DNA from: Antedon mediterranea
Lineage: Eukaryota > Animalia > Echinodermata
Assembly (NCBI RefSeq): GCF_964355755.1
Contig: NC_092674.1
Location: 12,028,001 to 12,092,000, forward strand
DNA: 64,000 nucleotides
Direction: 5' to 3'
This document shows positions 52,613-64,000 of the stretch, piece by piece (position 1 is the stretch's first letter; each line of letters opens with the position of its first letter). A program made the position numbers and the translations under genes. Under the pieces are notes generated by a model that did not search any database, had not been told where the DNA came from, and worked only from the letters and a program-made list of their open reading frames with translations.

Positions 52613-55600
52613 CATATATAGTAACAACAACACAGCATGACTCCATGTTACCAGTGGAATCTTGAGCTTCGTAAGTAATTTTCGTTTCTCCAATTACAAA
52701 CACACCATTAGCAGGAAAGTCTGATGTAGTACTTAGGGTTTCTCCAGAATTATCAGACACTGTTACATTAACTGCAAAATCTTCTAGTGTGATATTTGCT
52801 TCCCCTAGTGGCGTGTTGTACGAGTATGGGCCGGGGCATATTAACTCAGGATCCTCAACATCTAAATGAAAAAAAGAGTTATTATCTGGGTAAATATTAG
52901 CAAGAACATGAGACTAGCTTTCTTTGTTTTATAGTACACTTATTTCTTTCTTCTCATCACATACTGTATTGCATACCATTCCCAATAATCTAACCATCTC
53001 CAAGATACAACTCTAACAGGGGCATCCACATTAACAATTCTAAAATATTAAAGCTTCTCAATTGGACACAAGTGAGTTGACCAATTACAAGCGTGTTGTG
53101 ATTGGTACCATTACTTACAGTGAGCTTATATATCTGTGTTGTGTCAATGTGGAACCAAGCAAATAATTATCACTTCATGAAAAATTACACATTTCATTAT
53201 TATGAACATTAAAGAATTTCAGTATCAGCATCAGTCCTACGCCTAGACTAAGCTAGGCCTGAAAATGGCGGTAGCCGGGGATTTTGTCTTTGGCAGATAG
53301 TATTAAATATACCTTGTTCACACGCAGTGCCATCATAGCCAGTTCCTGTGCAATCACAAGTTGCAACATTCATAAGAATATAACATTCACCATTCACACA
53401 TGGCTCCAACAAACAGGGATTATCTAAAAAATAAACAATATTACACTCAATCACAGATTATGACAAAAATTACATTATACAAATAAATAATGTTTAGTTT
53501 AATCGGAAGAATAGTATCACACGTTAAACGATTTACCGTTCAACGAGGCAGATTTCAGTCATGAAAATAATGCAAAACATTTATGTCTTTTAGAACACAC
53601 CTGAGTATCATTCAAATAATTTATTTCGTTATTAGTCAACAACAAATCTTATTCCGTTTCTGTCAAAGGCTAGGACACGTATAAAGCCACTTGAATTTTT
53701 GATTGGATAAATATTTTCACAACAAACAAGGTATAATATCTTTGTGTTCAACTTACAAGTTTCACATGTCGCTCCCTCATAGATACTTGTGCAATTATTA
53801 TCATATTGGAGAAATACTTCGACAACAAACAATGTATAATATCATTGTGTTCAACTTACAAGTTTCACATGTCCCACCCTCATAGACACTTGTGCAATTA
53901 TTATCATATTGGATAAATACTTCGACAACAAACAATGTATAATATCATTGTGTTCAACTTACAAGTTTCACATGTCCCACCCTCATAGACACTTGTGCAG
54001 TTACAAGTAAAGTTGCCATTTCCTAGATCTGTGCAAGTCCCACCATTCATACATGTAGCTCCAGAGCAAGGGTTAACTGAAAATTAAATACAACATACAA
54101 GTAACTTTATTTGTCAATGAACAAGACAATAATTGAAAATGTAAACTTAGATGGTTGAATATGTAAAATAAAAGGAAGACCCCACAAAAAATAAGGTAGC
54201 CACAACATTGTTAAACTCTACCCTAATGCTGTGACTAATGTATAAGCTTTCTACAATTTCACACACCCCTCTCTACCCACTCCAAGACTATCGCCTTTTA
54301 CGTAGATGGTATGTAGAGCATTTGAGGAGAACGAGTAGTTCTATTTTATTTTTCATTCGCAGTTTAACTCTTAATTAATTAGACATTAGTAAGAATTTTT
54401 TTAACAATTTTTAAATTTTTTATTTATAGGTTTCTGGATTAAAAAGTATTGTTTTCGGGGCATATTAACTTTGGATCCCCAACATCTAAATGAAAAAAAG
54501 AGTTATTATCTGGGTAAATATTAGCAAGAACATGAGACTAGCTTTCTTTGTTTTATAGTACACTTATTTCTTTCTTCTCATCAGATATTGTATTGCATAC
54601 CATTCCCAATAATCTAACCATCTCCAAGATACAACTCTAACAGGGGCATCCACATAAACAATTCTAAAATATTAAAGCTTCTCAATTGGACACAAGTGAG
54701 TCGACCAATTACAAGCATGTTGTGATTGGTACCATTACTTACAGTGAGCTTACATATCTGTGTTGTGTCAATGTGGAAGCAAGCAAATACATAAACACAC
54801 CAAAAATAATGTAGCCACAACGTTGTTAAACTCTACCCTAATGCTCTGACTAATGTATAAGCTTTCTACAATCTCACAAACCCCTCTCCACCCACCCCAA
54901 GACTATCTCCTTTTACGTAGAGGGTCTGTAGAGCATTTGAAGAGAACGAGTAGATCTATTTTATTTTTCATTCGTCATTTAATTCTTAATTAGAATTTTT
55001 TTTTTTTTAACAATTTTTTTATTTTTTATTTATGGGTTTCTGGATTAAAAAGTTTCATTGTTTGTAAGTGAGATATGTGTCTTGGTTTTTAAAATTAGAA
55101 TTAAAACATTTTACCATATATAGTAACAACAACACAGCATGACTCCATGTTACCAGTGGAATCTTGAGCTTCGTAAGTAATTTTCGTTTCTCCAATTACA
55201 AACACACCATTAGCGGGAAAGTCTGATGTAGTACTTAGGGTTTCTCCAGAATTATCAGACACTGTTACATTAACTGCAAAATCTTCTAGTGTAATATTTG
55301 CTTCCTCTAGTGGTGTGTTGTACGAGTATGGGCCGGGGCATATTAACTTGGGATCCTCAACATCTAAATGAAAAAACAGCTATTATCTGGGTAAATATTA
55401 GCAAGAACATGAGACTAGCTTTCTTTGTTTTATAGTACACTTATTTCTTTCTTCTCATCACATACTGTATTGCATACCATTCCCAATAATCTAACCATCT
55501 CCAAGATACAACTCTAACAGGGGCATCCACATTACCATTCTAAAATATAAAAGCTTCTCAATTGGACACAAGTGAGTTGACCAATTACAAGCGTGTTGTG

Positions 55601-58600
55601 ATTGGTACCATTACTTACAGTGAGCTTATATATCTGTGTTGTGTCTTTGTGGAACCAAGCAAATAATTATCACTTCATGAAAAATTAACACATAATTTGA
55701 TATTATGAGAGGTTAGGCCTCAACACATTTCATTATTATGAACATTAAAGAATTTCAGTATCAGCATCAGGCCTACGCCTAGACTAAGCTAGGCCTGACA
55801 ATGGCGGTAGCTGGTGATTTTGTCATGGGCAGATAGTATTAAATATACCTTGTTCACACGCAGTGCCATCATAGCCAGTTCCTGTGCAATTACAAGTTGC
55901 AACATGCATAAGAATATAACATTCACCATTCTCACAAGGCTCCAACAAACAGGGATTATCTAAAAAATAAATATTACAGTAAATTACTGACTATGAAACA
56001 AATTACATTATACAAATAAATATTGTTTAGTTTAATTGAAAGAATAGTATCACATGTTAAACGATTTACCGTTCAATGAGGCAGATTTGAGTCAAGAAAA
56101 TAATGCAAAACATTCATGTCTTTTAGAACACACCTGAATATCATTCAAATAATTTATTTCATTATTAGTCAACAAAAAATCTGATTCTCCGTTTCTGTCA
56201 AAGGCTAGGAAACGTATAAAGCCGCTTGGATTTTTTATTCGATATCACAACAAACAAGGTATAATATCATTGTGTTCAACTTACAAGTTTCACATGTCGC
56301 TCCCTCATAGACATCTGTGCAATTACAAGTAAAGTTGCCATTTCCTAGATCATTACAAGTCCCACCATTCATACATGCTGCTCCAGAGCAAGGGTTAACT
56401 GAAAATTAAATAAAATATATAAGAAACTTTATTTGTAAAGGAACAAGACAATAATTGAAAATGTAAACTTAGATGTTACTATCATATAGGTAGTAATCAA
56501 GGGAAAGTTTTTTGTTTTTTTTTGCAACTAGCAAAGGTTTACTAGCGGATACAAAAGTATATTTATAGATTATAGATATCAATAAATGAATGAATGCATT
56601 TAGACACTTGCAATGGTGCATTCATACAATTACAAAATTTAATTTACTTCTTTTTCGTATACACCATAATGACAGGTTTGGTTTTTATGATAATAAAAGA
56701 TCTGTATTGCTGCATACCTTCAACTGTGATAGTAAAGTTACAATAAGCAGTGTTATTAGATGAATCTGTGGCATTACACATGACCAAGATTTCACCGATT
56801 GGAAACAGTGACCCAGATAACAGAGAGCACACAGGTGGTATCACTTCATTTGAATTATCCTCTACCAACACTGTGTAGTTATACTCTGCTCCAGGTAAAC
56901 CGTCATCGGTTGTTACTGTGTCTGACGATGGACATGTGATATCTGGACTTTCCATATCTGTAAAGAACAATTGTATAACATTAGAAGGGATATATTTAGT
57001 TGAAGAAGGGTAATTTGGTTATTTATACCCTTTTCACATCTGCATAAACTGTTACAACTTGTAACAAGTTGTAACCAGGTTTGCATAGTGTGAAGGCAAT
57101 TTTGTGGAAAATCTTCTGAGATTTCACAGGGGTCCCTTGTGAAATCAAAGAAGAAAAACACACCAACAAGAGGCTTGTGTTTTTGTTCCGAGATCTTTTG
57201 AGTTCTTAATGTAATGTATTGCCCTGGTATTAACTAGTAATCAAATAGCGTGCAACTATTCTTTCCTCCTGAGATTTCACAAGGTTCGCGTATGCGTGTG
57301 TGAAAACATGTAATAAGTCGGGAGATCAAACGTGGTTACAACTTATGAGGATGTGAAAAGGTAGAATATGTAAAATAAGAGGTAGATCCTCCCAAAAAAT
57401 AATGTAGCCTCAGAATTGTTAAACTCTACCCTAATTTTGTGAAACATGTATAGGCTTTCTACAATTCCATATCGTCATTTAGTTCTTAATAAAGAATGTT
57501 TTTTTACAATTTCGTTATTTTTTATTTATGGGTTTCTGGATTAAAAAGTTTCACATTGTTTATCAGTGAGATATTTCTCTTGGTTTTTAAAACGTTTTAC
57601 CATATATAGTAACAACAACACAGCATGACTCCATGTTACCAGTGGAATCTTGAGCTTCGTAAGTAATTTTCGTTTTTCCAATTACAAACACACCATCAGC
57701 AGGAAAGTCTGATGTAGTACTTAGGGTTTCTCCAGAATTATCAGACACTGTTACATTAACTGAAAAATCTTCTAGTGTGAAATTTGCTTCCCCTAGTGGT
57801 GTGTTGTATGAGAATGGGCCGGGGCATATTAACAAAGGATCCTCAACATCTAAATGAAAATAAAAATAGTTTGTCAGTGTAAATATAACGAATAACATGA
57901 GACAGGCTTTCTTTGTTTTATAGTACACTTATTTTTTTCTCCTCATCAAAGATTGCATACCATTCCCAATACTCTAAGCATCTCAAAGATACAATTCTAA
58001 TACAGGCGTCCACACTAAAGAGTCTGAATATTAAAGCTTCCCAATTGGACGCAAGTTGATCAATCACAAGCGTGTTTTGATTGGTAACATTACTTACGGT
58101 GAACTAACAAATCTGTGTTGTGTGGAACCAAGCAAATAATAATCAGTTCATGAAAAGTTAACACATACTTTAAATCTGCTATTATGTGAGGCTAGGCCTA
58201 CACCTAGACTAAGCTAGGCCTGCCACTGTATTAAATATACCTTGTTCACACGCAGTGCCATCATAGCCAGTTCCTGTGCAATTACAAGTTGCAATATTCA
58301 CAAGAATATAACATTCACCATTCACACAAGGCTCCAACAAACAGGGATTATCTAAAAAAGAAAAATAATATTACAGTCAATTACCTATTACTAGATGGTA
58401 CGCCGGCTTCGCTCGCGTACCATCTAGGTCGTGCCCACAGATGGTTCTCGAATACACAGTAATTTCAGCGTAACAAAACTGGCGATTTCAAATGTACGTA
58501 CCGCAGGACTACAATACATTGTCGTTTACAGAAACGAATAAATAGACACGATGATTTATGTAGTCAACTAAAATTAGCACCTGGGGAATTACTTCCAAAG

Positions 58601-60109
58601 GAGAAACTTATCACAGAATGAGTCCAAATTTTTGATTTGGACTCATTTAAAGAAACCCAATTTGTGTTTTGTATGTAACATTAGGGTTGAGGGATGGGAA
58701 AGCGGATAGGTACAAAGAGGAACAATTTTTAAATATATTCTTTATCCACTCAGTAACGAAATATTTTGTTCATGTTTTATAGGCCTATAAATAATATAAC
58801 TCTAAATACAGTAAAACATTTGCGATTTAATACTTTGTTAAAACTGTCACTGTCATAATCGATTGAAATATTAAAGTACATGTCACGATACACCACTACG
58901 ACGTTTATATTATTGGTAATTATTAATTAATACAAACGTTGAGAAGGAACTGTCAGTATAAAGTTTATTTGTATATGTGTTTATATATCTAACAGTAGAG
59001 CCTAACCACAATCTCAGTAATAAAGTGTATTTGTATATATTTTTAGCTGTTCAACCAGTTTTCAGCTATTAAAAACAATTATCGTAGGAGGAGATAGGAA
59101 AATGCGAAGCCTCCTCGCATTTTTTGTGGCGGGTATTTTTCACGAATTTTGCCCTTACGTAAATTTATATATAGATGAAAAATAAAAAATATTAAATTAT
59201 ACAAATAAATAATGTTTAGTTGATTTGGAAGATTATTTTCATGTGTTGACAGATTTACCGCTCAACGAGGTGGAGTTTAGTCACGAAAATAATATAAAGT
59301 ATTACAAAACATTTATGTTTTTTATAACTAATAAATAATTATATTGGATAAATACTTCGACAACAAACAAGGTATAATATCACTGTGTTCAACTTACAAG
59401 TTCCACATGTCGCTCCCTCATAGACATCTGTGCAATTACAAGTAAAATTGCCATTTCCTAGATCATTACAAGTCCCACCATTCATACATGCTGCTCCAGA
59501 GCAAGGGTTAACTGAAAATTAAATAAAATATATAAGAAACTTAATTATGAACTTTTCAATTGCCAATGAACGAGAAAATAATTGAACATGTATAAAGTTA
59601 GGCGATCAAGCATAAAATACAAACAATAATAAAAATAATAGTTCATTCTTATATAGCACATATAGCAAGCTCTTAATGCGCTGCACATTATTACTCATTT
59701 TTTGGATCAAACACGTATAGGCCAAGTAATCAGCGTAAGATTGTGTCTTGGATCTAACTCCGTACCCATTTTAAATAAACACTAGGCTTAGGTTAATCTA
59801 TGTTTAAATTAATTGATAACAAGGCCTATGTCATTTTTTCTTCAAAATAGGCATGTTAAATTTTTTTTTAATGTTTTTTTCTGAATATTTTTATGAATGT
59901 TCAAAAAATAGGCTAGACCAAAAAAAAAAAATGCATGAGACTCACGCATACTGTACACGCATTATGCGCAAGAGATGGCAGGTAGCACTTACATGTTTCA
60001 CAATCATCACCATAGTAGTTGGTGTTACTACAATCACATGTGTAGTTGCCACCTCCTTCATCCATACATTCACCCCCATTCATACAGGGTGACGGGGAGC
60101 AAGGGTCAT
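52613..60109 (-). CDS. EGF- and HYR-repeat extracellular protein (hyalin/fibropellin-like), internal exons only
   Basis: Symmetric phase-1 exons in order: EGF 59993-60109, EGF 59398-59511, EGF 58241-58351, HYR 57601-57849, HYR 56718-56957, EGF 56285-56398, EGF 55849-55959, HYR 55115-55363, EGF 53963-54076, EGF 53313-53423, HYR 52613-52861. Motifs PCxNGGxC and DxExPxIxCP...FPIG...AxDxxxN. Confidence 0.88.
57027..57363. mobile_element. MITE-like element with terminal inverted repeats
   Basis: CCTTTTCACATC...AAGTTGTAACCA at the left and TGGTTACAACTT...GATGTGAAAAGG at the right. Confidence 0.55.
58391..59175 (-). mobile_element. Non-autonomous Helitron, copy D
   Basis: TC 5' end, hairpin and CTAG 3' end, inserted at A|T; paralogous cassettes near 53460 and 55993 show the empty site. 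Confidence 0.92.
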
Positions 60110-61339
60110 CTGTAGACAAACAAAAATTGAGATTTATTTATTTGTAGAAAAACCAGATATGGTACTAGGCCTACAAATCAAAAAACAGTACTTCCACCAA
60201 CTTTGGGTGGTACACGACCACACAATTCCACCAAGGAAAAGAGCAGGAAAAGAAACACCACATCGTAGTCGCATATTATTATGAAACAGGGGCCTAACTC
60301 TAGTGGCCACTGTATGCCAGTGACAGGTTGCATTATTATCAGTGTTTTTATTATTATTATTTTATATCTTAAATATAGCTTTCCACCAGTCCTAAACCTC
60401 TAACTAAATAAAACCTAGTCTATAAGAATGAATGTGCATTTTTGATGCAGAGATTTCTCGATGGGTTTTTGTTATTCGGTTAACCCGGTTAATACTTATG
60501 TATTGGTCTTTTGTACCACCAGTGGCACACATTGTCATTTGATGTAAACAAAATCATTTTTGCTTATATTGTCGGTTCCCAACAATTATGACAGATGTGT
60601 ATAAGGTAGGCCTAATGTCATTTGATTGATATGTATATGCGCAACATGTGTTTCGTCCTAGTGGAACCAAGCTTTTATGTCCAATGTCACCTAATTTAAA
60701 TTAACCGGTCTGCAGAAGTTCAGTACAAATCAAAAGTAACCCTCTCCATCTACAACAGATTAGATCATTCTGTCCAAGTTGTCTAGATAATATTATGTTA
60801 TGAAGACTTTTTTTGCGATACATTGCACATGGACAAACATAAGATCGGCAAAAATAATTGAAGAAAATGCCTGTCATAAAATACTAAATGTGGAAGCATT
60901 TCGGCCGCAGTGTACACACTTTTAAAACTATTTTGAGATATATTTTGAGATTAGTTACTCACACCAGGGGCCGATTGCAATAAAGGTCTTAACCGCGGTC
61001 TTAGACTTAAGCCCAAGATGAAACCCTTAGCAACGATGGTCTTAGATTTAAGACCATTGCAATAAGAAGTCTTAGCCTTGGAATTTCACCGCCGTGGTCT
61101 TAGATTCTAAGCCTCCTCCAGGCCGGCTTACGCTAACCGCGTGACGCGAGCGCTCCTAGGCTAGCTAGTAATATCATGGCGAAATTCACTTCTTGTGGCC
61201 ACTGTATGCCAGTGACATGTTGCATTATTATCAGTGTTTTTATTATTATTATTAAATATCTTAAATATAGCTTTCCACCAGTCCTAAACCTCTAACTAAA
61301 TAAAACCTAGTCTATAAGTCTGAATGTACTAACAAATAT

Positions 61340-62300
61340 TGTTAGTCAATCACTACAAACACGAAGTCTTCCAGATGACTGGATATCAGCTAATGTCTGT
61401 CCTATTTATAAGAAGGGAGATAAATCATCACCAGCAAACTATAGACCCGTTTCATGAACATCGTTATGCTGTAAGCTACTGGAACATATCCTATTTCACT
61501 ACATCATGGCTCATATTGAAAAGTTCAACATCATCAAGCCATACCAGCATGGCTTTCTGAAGAAACATTCATGTGAAACTCAACTCTTAAACACAATTGA
61601 AGAAATCATCCGCCATTTTGACCAAGGAAGTAAACGCCAAATTGATGTACAAATACTTGACTTCAGTAAAGCGTTTGACACGGTTGCGCATCAGAGACTA
61701 CTCCACAAACTCAGCAAATATGGAATATCAGGAAAAACTCTAAACTGGATCCAGTATTGGCTTACAAATAGAAACCAATGTGTCATAGTTGATGGAGAGA
61801 TATCAAAAACAGCAAAGGTAACATCAGGAGTGTCTCAAGGCACGGTACTTGGTCCGTTAATGTTTCTAGTATAATACATCAATGACATCGGAGAAGATAT
61901 TAGCACCGGTACAACCATAACATTATTTGCTGATGACTGTTTACTCTTTCGACCTGTAAATAAAAAGCAGACCAAGAACAAGTACAACATGACCTTGATC
62001 AAGTTGTCCAATGGTCTAAAAAATGGCAGATGTCTTTTAATTCATCAAAATGCTATACAATGAACATAACGAGGAGTAAAAGTCCACTTACACTTGACTA
62101 CAAGATGAAGGGAAGCAGAAAAGAGAGCAGAAAATACCTTGGAGTCTTAATAACAAATGATCTATAATTGGAACCACACATAAACCAAGTTATAAACGAT
62201 TCCAATAAGATTCTGGGCTTCCTAAGGAGAAACTTCTCTCGATGCGACACTCGTATTAAAGCAACTGCCTATCAATCACTAGTTTGTCCAAAACTTGAGA
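61340..62300 (+). mobile_element. Degraded CR1/L2-group LINE reverse transcriptase fragment
   Basis: NYRPVS, QHGFLKKHSCETQL, DFSKAFD, GVSQGTVLGP, LFADD, with several stops and frameshifts. Confidence 0.85.
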
Positions 62301-63227
62301 ATCGGGTGGTTTTAAACATGCCGTGCTTTAATACATAAATATGATATACATAAATATAATTAATACATTATGACAAAGTACTAATAAAATTGGACGGAGT
62401 TAAAACAAGCTATCCAACAATATTAGATGTTGACCCTTTGACCTTTATTGCTCACATGATTTGTTTAATTGCTAAAACTATTATAACTATACATTTTCTG
62501 ATATGAGTGTAATGGAATAAAATGTTCAGTAATGCTCTTTCCAATGACACCATGTATGCCCTTGTTTTGTGCATTACCGCTTTCACCTGAACAAATTGTG
62601 AGCAATCCTTCCATTATAGTTTGTTATACCACAATGAATAACATTTAGACTGTTATAATTTGAAGGATTTTCTTCAAGTATAAGTATCGTAACAGGTCTA
62701 ACTGATAATTGGAAGGTACGACATTGAATCAATTATATTTTGTGTCCATTTATTGCGCGCTCTATGCACGCTCCACGCGTGTCCTTTTAGTTTGTGTTGC
62801 GATTCTCTATAGTACATAGTTTTTACATTTTTTTGTTTAAAATGTTCAGTAACTATCAAGTTCAGTAACGTAATGATTTCGTTTTTATTTTAACAACAAC
62901 CTTTAAATAAATGGATTGTTTAGATATTCAATTTGATAGTCTTGTGAACCATATACATTTCTATAACAAATGATTGAACGTCATACTCTACATAGGAATA
63001 GTTGGACACAAAAATGGTCGGTTATATAAAACTTGACTTTCTAAAAAATAAAATAACTGTCGAAAATATAGCTGGAAAAATAGGGGTTTGACGACATACA
63101 CTGCTCTAAAAATCTGGAATGATAATCCCAAATTAGCATTGTTGTTAGGCCAAGAATAAGAATAAGTATTTGTTTACTATGCTTTATTTTGATATCAATA
63201 AGTTTATAATACACACATCGAGCCTAC

Positions 63228-63815
63228 GAAAGCAAGAAACCATCTGTATTACTATTAGGAAATTCGCACTTAAAAAAAGTCGAAGCAAGTCGTATTTTAC
63301 CAAAAGCAGATGTAAGCATTACACACGCATACACTAATGACCAAATTGGAAATGCACTCGATGAAATCCACGAAACACTTGACTGTATAGTAATCCACGA
63401 AATAACTAACTCTGTAAAGGAATCAGCTCCAGAAAAGTGCGCAGAAACGCTATACAACACAGTCAGTGAGTATGTCACAAAACATCCAGACACTAAATGT
63501 TTGATATCACTTGGCTTACCACGAGCAGGCCCACTAAATTTCAGAGTTGAAATAGCAAACTCATGTATAAAGCACAAGATACGCACAGACAAAATACCAA
63601 ACCTAACATTCTGCGACAATAGCAACTTCTTACGAAACGGCGAGCTGGTCGACACACTTCTAGCACCTGATTGATACCATCTATCAGATGGAGGCACCAG
63701 CCTATTGGCCAGTAACGTCAGATACAAAGTTGAAAACGTTCTAGGTCTATCTCGCAGCAGAAAAGCTAACACAGGAAGAGGTAGACCACGTTACCACACA
63801 TTTCAACAATTGTAA
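63228..63815 (+). pseudogene. CR1-type LINE ORF1 fragment with SGNH esterase-like domain
   Basis: Plus-strand frame not in the ORF track: VLLLGNSH...IVIHEITNSV...ISLGLPR...DNSNF...D*YHLSDGGTSLLA, where the DGxHL glycine has become TGA. Confidence 0.72.
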
Positions 63816-64000
63816 GGTAACACAAATTCAGAAAGTTATTGTAACTGAAATTAAGCAGTAGACATAAGCATAGTATTATAAATTATATTAATTAAAATAG
63901 TTTTTTATAGACAAATACAATCAATAGCCTAAACATACAAAATCAAAGCATGGATAACAATAAAAATAACGGTGATGAAAACGAAATATAAAATCCAATG

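Larger units (their letters stand above)
51624..59590. repeat. Tandem segmental duplication of an EGF-EGF-HYR exon cassette (about 2.3-2.5 kb, three units)
   Basis: Near-identical intron and exon blocks start at ~51624 and ~54128, with a more diverged unit from ~57370; internal sub-duplications and three ~105-bp tandem copies at 53720-54000. Confidence 0.88.

Noticed and set aside
52111-54820. Duplicated 68-aa ORFs MWLHY...
   Set aside because: They lie in duplicated intron sequence; their similarity reflects the recent tandem duplication rather than coding constraint.
63224-63772. 182-aa minus-strand ORF
   Set aside because: Antisense shadow of the plus-strand SGNH-type LINE ORF1 fragment.

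Overview
AT-rich, intron-containing animal genomic DNA; the HYR/EGF and Tie-like exons suggest a marine invertebrate, possibly a deuterostome (inference). Host genes, all on the minus strand: (1) a receptor-type tyrosine phosphatase with a Tie-like ectodomain (signal peptide, Ig, EGF, FN3, TM, PTP) that runs off the left edge (1-16859); (2) a tandem paralogue with both PTP domains but no visible signal-peptide exon (22337-43396); (3) an array of phase-1 EGF and HYR exons with no visible terminal exon (52613-60109). Mobile DNA: a full-length L1/Tx1 LINE with a 13-bp TSD, several CR1/L2-group LINE remnants, a Penelope-like remnant with a minimal hammerhead ribozyme, four copies of one non-autonomous Helitron family, HINE-like elements and TIR elements. 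The most unusual region is a 3.1-kb GC/CpG-rich, intronless, virus-like island (43847-46963) encoding a multi-BIR IAP and a pseudokinase with a putative NLS. It is fused directly to a Helitron 3' end, at the junction between the EGF/HYR gene and RPTP copy 2. All coordinates were read by eye and no database searches were run.
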